Assembly: GCA_041288095.1 (NCBI GenBank)
Contig: JBGGMJ010000137.1
Location: 1-22,044 of the forward strand
Reading direction: 5' to 3'
Origin: Myxococcota bacterium
GTDB taxonomy: Bacteria; Myxococcota; XYA12-FULL-58-9; JALHOP01
DNA: 22,044 bases
Part shown: piece by piece, positions 15,345 through 22,044 of the stretch
Layout of the letters: every line of letters starts with the position of its first letter
Position numbering within the stretch: the first letter of the stretch is position 1
Notes under the pieces: generated by a model
Seen by the model: the letters and a program-made list of their open reading frames with translations, nothing else
The model's database searches: none
What the model was told of the DNA's origin: nothing
Made by a program: the position numbers and the translations under genes

Positions 15345-18300
15345 TTGAGTAGTCGCGATCGTATCTCCGCGCATCTGAAGCACCTGAAAAGCGCTTGGGG
15401 CCGGGCTGAAATCCGCGAAAAGTCTATTTATTTCGCGGCCGCAGCGCTTCTGGCGACGGCTTTCGGGGTGCTTTTCGCGCAGATCGGCTCGACCGCTCTC
15501 GGGATCGCGACCGTCGGCACCGCGATCGTCGGCGTACTTTTGGCGCTCCTTGTGGTCACAGCACGTACATTGGCCGAGGCCGCCGGTGAGGGCATGCGGC
15601 TCGCGAGGATGGCCGAGGGACTGGCGCCCGAGCTCGGCACCGGCCCCACGTCGGCGGTCGACTTCGTGGGTCGCCTGGCACCCGAGAGCAACCCCGGGTT
15701 TTCCCCGGAGCTTGCCGAGGCGCATCTCGATCGCATGGCCGAGGCGCTCGAGCAGGCAAAGCTCGTCGAGCGCTTGGCCGTTGTGCGCAAGGTGCGTGAC
15801 CGCCGCGCATGGAAAGTGCTCGGAGGCGCGGCGGCGATCATGGTGGTGGCGCTCATTGGACTTCGCACCGGCCGCGCCCGCCTCACGGCTTGGCTCGCCG
15901 ATCCGACCGCGGCGCGCATCAGCGACACACCGATTGCGAGCGACATTACACTCGCCTACCGCTTCCCGGCGTACACGGGTCTCACGCCTCGACTCGTCGA
16001 AGGCGGCGACGGCAGCATCGGCGCCGTCGTCGGCACGCAAGTCGACCTGTCTGCTGTAGCGGACAGCGACGTGCGCAACGGCGTTCTGCACCTCTTCGGC
16101 CCCGACGGTAAGCCGCTGCAAGACGTGCCGCTCCAGGCCGACGGCAAGAAGCTGCGCGGCACCTTGTCGGTGATGCGCGACGGCACCTACTCCTTCGAGC
16201 TGACGACACGCGGCGGCGAGCGCCTGCAAGACGGTTTGCGCCATCCCATCCGCGCCACGTTGGACGCCTCGCCCGAGATCGTCATGGACTCCCCGCCCGG
16301 CGACGTCGAGCTCAAGGACGATCGCTCGGTCGACATCTTGTGGCACGCCAAGGACGACTACGGCATCGGTGAGGTGGCGCTGGTCATCGAGCAAGAAAAC
16401 GCCGACGAGGCGGCGCGGGCGGTGCTGCCGGCGAGTGGCGGCGACGGCAAGGCACGCGAAGGCGTCTATCGCTGGTCGGTCGCCGAGCTCGGCATCAAGC
16501 CGGGCGACGAAGTGCGCTTCCACCTCGAAGCGATCGACAACGACACAATCAACGGTCCGAAGAAGTCGGTCACCGACACGCACCGGCTGACCATCTTCAG
16601 CGCCAAGCAGCGTCACGACGACTTGCTCGCGCAGCAGCGGCAAACGCTCGAGGACATGGTGCAGCTTTTGGGTGAAGAGCTCGAGAAGCCCTTCCCGCGC
16701 GACATGAGCGGTGACGTCGCCGCCAACCGCGACATCCAGACCGGCATCATCGAAAAGATGCAGGGCGTCTCCAAGGGGCTCGAGCTCCTCGTCACCGCGC
16801 TGCACGACGACAAGCTGACCGCGCCGGAGGTCGCCAAGGCCTTCGAGAACATTCGCGAGCACGTGCTCACCGCCGAACGCGAGCGACGCCAAGCGCTGTC
16901 GTTCATCGGCAAGAACGTGGCGCAGACCCCGGCGGCGACGCGCAAGAACATCGCCGACAAGCAGACCAAGGCGGTGACGCAGCTCGAGAAGGACATCCTC
17001 TATCTCGACGACCTGCTCGCCATGGAGCAAATCCACGAGCTCAAGGAGACGGCGCGTGATCTGCTCGCGACACAGCGCGATCTGCAGAAGATGCTCGCCG
17101 AATATCAGAAGAGCAAAGACCCTGCCCTGAAGGCCGAGCTGCTCGAGCGCATCGACGAGCTCAAAGAGAAGATGATGGGCCTGCTCGCCAAGATGAGCCA
17201 GATCAAACAAGGGCTCCCCGGCGAGTATCGCAACATGGAAGCAGCGGCCATGTTGCAGATGGACGACAGCTTGTCGCGCATCGACAAGATGCTCCGCGAA
17301 GGCAACCTCGATGGCGCCGCCAAGGAGCTCGAGCAGCTCGCCAACGCCGTCGAGAACATGGTCAACGAGGTCAACGAAGCGGAGCAGGAGTTCGGTGGTG
17401 AACGCTATGACGGACTGCGTAAGCAGCTCGCCGAGTTCGCCGAGGAGTTCCGCGAAATCGAGAAGGAGCAGAAGGACCTGGCGCAAAGCTCCGAGGACAT
17501 GCTGCGCAACTACCGCAAGGAAGCGGCCAAGCGCGCTGGGCTCTCGCCCGACGAGATCGTCAAGAAGGCCCGCGAGAAGACGCAGGAAGCGCTGCGCGAG
17601 CTCGACAAGATTGGCGCCGGCCCCCCGCTCTACGGCGACCTGCGCAATCGCCTGCAGTTGGCACGGCAGCGTTTGATGGACATGGATAGTCTCCTCGAGG
17701 AACGCGACTACGCGGAGGCGAGGGCCGCTGGCGCGACAGCGGAGGACAACGAACGCGAGATGGAGGCGATGCTCAACGATCGTGTTCCGTACGGCGGCCG
17801 CGATATGCGGAGCCAGCAAGAACAAGCCGCGAAGTCGGCCGAGAAGGCACTCGAGCGCACCCGCGAAGTCAACGCGATGCTCGACAAGCTCTTCCCGGAT
17901 CCCTCGCAGGTCATGAGCCCTGACCAGATGTCACAGTTGCAGCGCAATCAGCGCCGCCAGCAACAGCTCGAGCAGCAAGCGCGCCAGCTCGGTCAGAAGA
18001 TGGACCAACTTTCCGAAGAAGTTCCGCTGTTTGGCGGTGACTCGCGGGCCCAGCTCGAGAACGCGCGCGGCGAGATGGACAAAGCAGTCGGGCAGCTTCA
18101 AGGCGGGCGCTTGCCCGGCGCCGCGGCGGCGGAACGGAGAGCCGCGGATCAGCTGGGAAAACTTCGTGAGTCGCTGGAGCGCGCTTCTCAAGGCGGAAGC
18201 GGTCAGTTGCCGCTACCATTGGCAGGAAGTGGTGGTGGGCAGGGCCGAAACGATGGCGGGGCAGGCGGTTTTGCTCAGCGCGACGTGCAGATCCCCCAGA

Positions 18301-18419
18301 CCGACAAGAACCGAGCAGCTCCTCGTTTTCGTCAGGAGCTTTTGGAAGCAGCCAAACAAAAGGCACCCCAAAACTACGAAGACGCGGTACGCAAATACTA
18401 CGAGGAGTTGATCAAGTGA
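15345..18419 (+). CDS. DUF4175-family membrane protein (TM helices, Ig-like beta region, long coiled coil)
   Basis: TTG start (uncertain); N-terminal TM hairpin plus a third TM; PAYTGL and AKDDYGI motifs; EAIDNDTINGPK; >500-aa Q/E/K-rich coiled coil; C-terminal P..YEDAVRKYYEEL. Confidence 0.8.
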   Translation: MSSRDRISAHLKHLKSAWGRAEIREKSIYFAAAALLATAFGVLFAQIGSTALGIATVGTAIVGVLLALLVVTARTLAEAAGEGMRLARMAEGLAPELGTGPTSAVDFVGRLAPESNPGFSPELAEAHLDRMAEALEQAKLVERLAVVRKVRDRRAWKVLGGAAAIMVVALIGLRTGRARLTAWLADPTAARISDTPIASDITLAYRFPAYTGLTPRLVEGGDGSIGAVVGTQVDLSAVADSDVRNGVLHLFGPDGKPLQDVPLQADGKKLRGTLSVMRDGTYSFELTTRGGERLQDGLRHPIRATLDASPEIVMDSPPGDVELKDDRSVDILWHAKDDYGIGEVALVIEQENADEAARAVLPASGGDGKAREGVYRWSVAELGIKPGDEVRFHLEAIDNDTINGPKKSVTDTHRLTIFSAKQRHDDLLAQQRQTLEDMVQLLGEELEKPFPRDMSGDVAANRDIQTGIIEKMQGVSKGLELLVTALHDDKLTAPEVAKAFENIREHVLTAERERRQALSFIGKNVAQTPAATRKNIADKQTKAVTQLEKDILYLDDLLAMEQIHELKETARDLLATQRDLQKMLAEYQKSKDPALKAELLERIDELKEKMMGLLAKMSQIKQGLPGEYRNMEAAAMLQMDDSLSRIDKMLREGNLDGAAKELEQLANAVENMVNEVNEAEQEFGGERYDGLRKQLAEFAEEFREIEKEQKDLAQSSEDMLRNYRKEAAKRAGLSPDEIVKKAREKTQEALRELDKIGAGPPLYGDLRNRLQLARQRLMDMDSLLEERDYAEARAAGATAEDNEREMEAMLNDRVPYGGRDMRSQQEQAAKSAEKALERTREVNAMLDKLFPDPSQVMSPDQMSQLQRNQRRQQQLEQQARQLGQKMDQLSEEVPLFGGDSRAQLENARGEMDKAVGQLQGGRLPGAAAAERRAADQLGKLRESLERASQGGSGQLPLPLAGSGGGQGRNDGGAGGFAQRDVQIPQTDKNRAAPRFRQELLEAAKQKAPQNYEDAVRKYYEELIK

Positions 18420-20389
18420 GGCGGCAAGCAGCGCGTTCTCTCGACGCCGAAGCAGACGTCGCGCCCGATCAGCTTCCCACGCTGATCATGCGGAATTCGC
18501 CGAAGATGCAACAGCGTGTCACCCGCATCGCGTTCACGTTCTGCGCCGTCGTCGTCATCGCCGACTACGCCGCGCTCGGTTGGGCAACCGAGCCGACGGG
18601 CGAAGTGTCTCCGCTGCCGCCGCAATACGCCGAGAAAACACGCGACCCGGTGCATCCGGTGTTCAACATCGAGCAAGCGCACGAGCTCCTCGCTGATTGG
18701 CAGCTCGAGTCCGCTTTGGAAGCCGGTGAGGCGCTGCTCGCCGCCGATCCCGAAAATCCCGAGGTTTGGTATCTCGCCGGGCGCATCGAGCACGCGCGCG
18801 GAGAGCATCTCGCGGCCCTCGGCTTGGTGCGTGCCGCGGCGGACGCGGGGCTCGCCGAAGCCGCGCAGTTCCTGCCCATGGTCGAGCACAGCGCGGCGTA
18901 CGCGGCGCAGTTCCGCACCTACGAGACGGCACACTTCTCCATTCGCTATCTCAACAAAGACGAGATCGTCGCGACCTACGCGGCGCCGGTGCTCGAGGCG
19001 GCGTACGCCAACATCGGCGGCGACCTCGAGTTCTTGCCGGCCGAGCGCGGTGAGAAGATCGCCGTCGAGATTTATCCCGACGCGCGTGGCTTGTCGGGCG
19101 CCACCGGACTTTCGCTGCGCGAGATCGAGACCACCGGCACCATCGCGGTCTGCAAGTACCACCGCTTGATGATCACCTCGCCGCTCGCGACGACCAACGG
19201 CTACAGCTGGGGCGATACGCTGGCGCACGAGTTCACGCACCTCGTGATCTCGAAGAAGTCGCACAACACCATCCCGATCTGGATGCACGAGGGCATCGCC
19301 AAGTACTACGAGTCGCGCTGGAAGGGCGCGGCCGGCCTCGACCTCGGGCCCTACTCCGAAAACCTCCTCGCCGACGCCACCCGCAGCGGCAAGTTCATCA
19401 CCTTCAAGCAGATGCATCCGTCGATGGCGAAGCTGCCGTCGCAAAAAGACGCGGCTCTAGCGTTCGCCCAGGTGTTCACGGTCGTCGAATTTCTGCGCGA
19501 GAAATACGGACCCAAGGCGATCGCACAGGTGCTCGAGCACGCCGGCGATGGTCTGCCGTTGAACGTCGCGCTGCAGGCGAGCTTCGGCTTGTCGATGGAC
19601 GGCATCGAGACCGCCTGGAAACGCTACGTGAAGAAGCGCCAGTTCCGCCTGGTGCCGGGCGCGGCGCCCGAGCGCATCCAGCTGGCGTCGGACGAAAAAC
19701 AGGCGCAGCAAGAGAAGCCCTTGGAGCAAATCGGCAACCGCGACGCCCACGGCTTCTCGCGACTGGGTGAGCTGTTGCAGCGCGGCGGGCGCGACCACGC
19801 CGCTATCGTCGAGTACGAGAAGGCGTTCGCGATCTCCGGCGTCAAGCACATCACCTTGGTGACCCGGCTCGCTAAAGCGTACCAGGCAGTCGGCCGTGAT
19901 CGCGACGCGGTGCGCGTGCTCGAGCAAGCGCTGCCGGCTCACCCCGAAGACGCCGATGCCCATCTCGTGGCCGGTCGCCTCGAGCTCGCGCGCGGTGACT
20001 TGAAAGACGCCCGCCAGCACTTCGAGCAGGTGAAGCTCCAGAACCCGTTCAACCCCGAAGTGCACCTCGCCTTCGCCAAGCTCTTCGAGAGCGAAGGTAA
20101 GGCGGACGAAGCGGCGCGCTCGAAGCGCTTCGCCGAGCTCGCCCTCAAGCCGCGCCCGAGTCGGACCTACGAGCTACCGCCGCAGCGCGCCGGAGCCGGG
20201 GCCTTGAACATCGTCGCGCCCGGTTGGGGTCGCGTTCGCATCGACGGCGCCGACCTGGCGACGCCCGCTTGGCGGGTGGCTCTCGAGCCGGGTGTCCACA
20301 CCATCACCTACAAGCGTGCTGATGGTAGCACCGGCGAAACCAGCGTTTCCGTGACCGCTGGACCCGCCAAGCTCGTCACGCTGCGGTAG
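18416..20389 (+). CDS. TPR-containing gluzincin (peptidase MA-like) zinc metallopeptidase with C-terminal PEGA-like domain
   Basis: TLAHEFTH (HEXXH, nt ~19226) plus IPIWMHEGIAKY (third zinc ligand); TPRs on both sides; C-terminal GALNIVA.GWGRVRIDG...TP...VALEPGVHTI; GTGA overlap with the DUF4175 stop. Alternative start ATG 18506 would give a cleaner signal peptide. Confidence 0.85.
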   Translation: MRRQAARSLDAEADVAPDQLPTLIMRNSPKMQQRVTRIAFTFCAVVVIADYAALGWATEPTGEVSPLPPQYAEKTRDPVHPVFNIEQAHELLADWQLESALEAGEALLAADPENPEVWYLAGRIEHARGEHLAALGLVRAAADAGLAEAAQFLPMVEHSAAYAAQFRTYETAHFSIRYLNKDEIVATYAAPVLEAAYANIGGDLEFLPAERGEKIAVEIYPDARGLSGATGLSLREIETTGTIAVCKYHRLMITSPLATTNGYSWGDTLAHEFTHLVISKKSHNTIPIWMHEGIAKYYESRWKGAAGLDLGPYSENLLADATRSGKFITFKQMHPSMAKLPSQKDAALAFAQVFTVVEFLREKYGPKAIAQVLEHAGDGLPLNVALQASFGLSMDGIETAWKRYVKKRQFRLVPGAAPERIQLASDEKQAQQEKPLEQIGNRDAHGFSRLGELLQRGGRDHAAIVEYEKAFAISGVKHITLVTRLAKAYQAVGRDRDAVRVLEQALPAHPEDADAHLVAGRLELARGDLKDARQHFEQVKLQNPFNPEVHLAFAKLFESEGKADEAARSKRFAELALKPRPSRTYELPPQRAGAGALNIVAPGWGRVRIDGADLATPAWRVALEPGVHTITYKRADGSTGETSVSVTAGPAKLVTLR

Positions 20390-20451
20390 GTTTCGGGCGC
20401 TCCTAGCGGTCTGCTGCTACAGTTAACGCAGACTTGCAGCGGAGGATCGCC

Positions 20452-20799
20452 ATGGCGGAGAAGTCGACCCCGGCGCGCCCAGACGTCACATTGGCCGTGC
20501 TGCGTGACCACGCCCTCGAGCTCGTCGTCGTGCACGCCGAAGAGGCTTGCGACTTCGAAATCTTGAATCTCTCGCTCGATCCCAGTGTGAGCTGGGAGGC
20601 GGCGGTGAAGATCGAGCGGGAGCTCGGCGACAACTGGCTGCCCGCGGAGAGTCAGCCGGACATCGGCAGGTTGTTGCTCGACGGCGAGGTCGTCGATCGA
20701 CTCGCGCTGCAGCCGGAGCACTCGTTACTCATCCGGCAGGTGTCGCCGGACGGCGAGGCTTCGGTGCAATCGCTCTTCAGGGTGGTCGTCACCGCCTGA
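20452..20799 (+). CDS. Hypothetical acidic protein (115 aa)
   Basis: GGAGG RBS at 20441-20445 ahead of ATG 20452 (preferred over TTG 20434); GC-rich third positions; no family recognised. Confidence 0.7.
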   Translation: MAEKSTPARPDVTLAVLRDHALELVVVHAEEACDFEILNLSLDPSVSWEAAVKIERELGDNWLPAESQPDIGRLLLDGEVVDRLALQPEHSLLIRQVSPDGEASVQSLFRVVVTA

Positions 20800-20802
20800 C
20801 CG

Positions 20803-21801
20803 CTAGAGCAGAATGTCGTGTTGCGGCTGCAGCGGCGGCGGGATCTCTTTCTCGCCCAGCAGCTCGCGCAGATCGATCTCGATGGTGCGCGCCATGGCGC
20901 TGATCGGCACGTCGTTGGCGCCGCCCTCGAAGGGGTTCTCGGTGACCCGGCCGATCTTGTCCATGCTGTGGAAGCTCCACTGGACGATGAAGCTCATCGG
21001 CACGGTCAGCCAGTAGAACGACGTCGCGACCCGATTGAGCTCCGTGTAGAGGCCGTAAGGCACCGAGAAAATGAACATCCACATGAAGATGGCGTTCATC
21101 GTCGAGAAGTGACGCGGATAGGGGAAATTCTTGATGCGCTCGCAGCGGCCCTGATGCTCGTAGAGCTGCGATAGCGTCCGGGCGAGCTCGACGTGGCGGA
21201 ACTCGCTCAAGTGGCCGTCGTTGACGAGGGTGCGCAGGTCGGCGGACTGCCGCGCGATGATATGCGTGGCGCGATTCTTGGTGGCGAGCACGTGCGCGCG
21301 CTCCTCCTCCGAGAGCACGTGCCGGAGCGCGGCCTCGAGCGGCGTGCCGCGCTCGGGGATCGCGTAGTTACGCTTCAAGAACTCGACGTTCTCCGCGTCG
21401 CCAATGGTCTCCCAGGCACGTGACTCGCGGAGCTGGTAGCGCAGCGCCGTGAGCCAGGCGATGTGACGATGCACGAGGCGGCTTCGGGCGGCCTCGAGGC
21501 GCGGGTCGTTGGTGAGGAGAAAGTCGGTCACCATGACAGCCCAGGTCCGGCTCGTGTTGACGATGCCTCCCCAGATCTGTCGCGCCTCCCACAAGCGATC
21601 GTAGGCGGCGTTGCTCTTGAAGCCGGTCATGAACGCGACCGCGGTACCCAGGAGCAACACCGGCTGCCATGGCACGTGTGGAGGCGTGAGGTTCAGCGAC
21701 GCCAGCGCCGGCGGGATGATCGCCAGCAAGAGGAAGAGGAGCGACTCGCGCCGTGTCCAGCGCGCCATGTCGATGACGGAGTACTTCTTTCCTGCGTGCA
21801 T
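20803..21801 (-). CDS. Bestrophin-family (YneE-like) ion channel
   Basis: LGTAVAFMTGFKSNAAYDRLWEARQIWGGIVNTSR, CERIKNFPYP and ENPFEGGANDVPI; four TM segments; start at MHAGKKY (21801) preferred over 21822. Confidence 0.9.
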   Translation of the reverse strand: MHAGKKYSVIDMARWTRRESLLFLLLAIIPPALASLNLTPPHVPWQPVLLLGTAVAFMTGFKSNAAYDRLWEARQIWGGIVNTSRTWAVMVTDFLLTNDPRLEAARSRLVHRHIAWLTALRYQLRESRAWETIGDAENVEFLKRNYAIPERGTPLEAALRHVLSEEERAHVLATKNRATHIIARQSADLRTLVNDGHLSEFRHVELARTLSQLYEHQGRCERIKNFPYPRHFSTMNAIFMWMFIFSVPYGLYTELNRVATSFYWLTVPMSFIVQWSFHSMDKIGRVTENPFEGGANDVPISAMARTIEIDLRELLGEKEIPPPLQPQHDILL

Positions 21802-21831
21802 TTCGACCGGTGCGTATAACATGTCGCGACC

Positions 21832-22044
21832 GTGCGTTCTCGTTTAGATAGCCGACCTCTCTACCTGCGTCCGGGCTACACGGCGGCGCTGCGTAGCACG
21901 CAGGTCCTCGCCATCTCGGCGCAGGTCAACCATGGGGTGCACCTCTTCTTCGTGATTGCGGCGTCGGTGATCGCTCGCAACGTCGCCAATCAAGAACTGC
22001 TCGATGCCGTGGGCTCGAAGGTCCTGGGGTCGCTCTACGTGACC
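21832..22044 (+). CDS. 5' part of a probable membrane protein, truncated by the window edge (possibly MFS/nucleotide-translocase-like)
   Basis: Not in the ORF track; open frame from GTG 21832 with strong G/C third positions: ...QVLAISAQVNHGVHLFFVIAASVIARNVANQELLDAVGSKVLGSLYVT. Start uncertain. Confidence 0.5.
   Translation, partial: MRSRLDSRPLYLRPGYTAALRSTQVLAISAQVNHGVHLFFVIAASVIARNVANQELLDAVGSKVLGSLYVT

Noticed and set aside
15288..17825. 845-aa minus-strand ORF (also 18398-19444 and 19457-20065)
   Set aside because: Antisense shadows of the DUF4175 and peptidase genes.
1..22044. CRISPR arrays, tRNA/rRNA, IS elements, integrases, prophage genes
   Set aside because: No regularly spaced repeats, cloverleaf or rRNA signatures, or transposase/recombinase motifs were seen; intergenic gaps are all short.

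Overview
High-GC bacterial chromosomal segment; gene content and many orphan ORFs suggest a Myxococcota/deltaproteobacterial-type organism (inference). Left to right: the end of a ydcSTUV/pot-like polyamine ABC operon (ydcU 3' end, ydcV); small accessory genes (orphan, Cys-rich lipoprotein, helical hypothetical, DUF1801/YdhG protein, a two-repeat EF-hand-like orphan, a GreA/GreB-family factor); a translationally coupled minus-strand run DUF2760 - Hsp70-like A - Hsp70-like B (long C-terminal extension) - CaiB/AMACR CoA-transferase; two low-complexity orphans; a 1140-aa STAND/NLR-like ATPase-TPR protein ending in two winged-helix domains; a divergent DUF4175-like protein plus TPR/HEXXH metallopeptidase pair; an acidic orphan; a bestrophin-family channel; and the start of a probable membrane protein. 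No rRNA, tRNA, CRISPR array, integrase or transposase was seen. The best candidates for under-described systems are (i) a membrane-tethered atypical Hsp70 module in which DUF2760 looks like a GrpE-like factor, (ii) the NLR-like regulator upstream of it, and (iii) the EF-hand repeat orphan. All family calls are motif recognition by eye; no searches were run.
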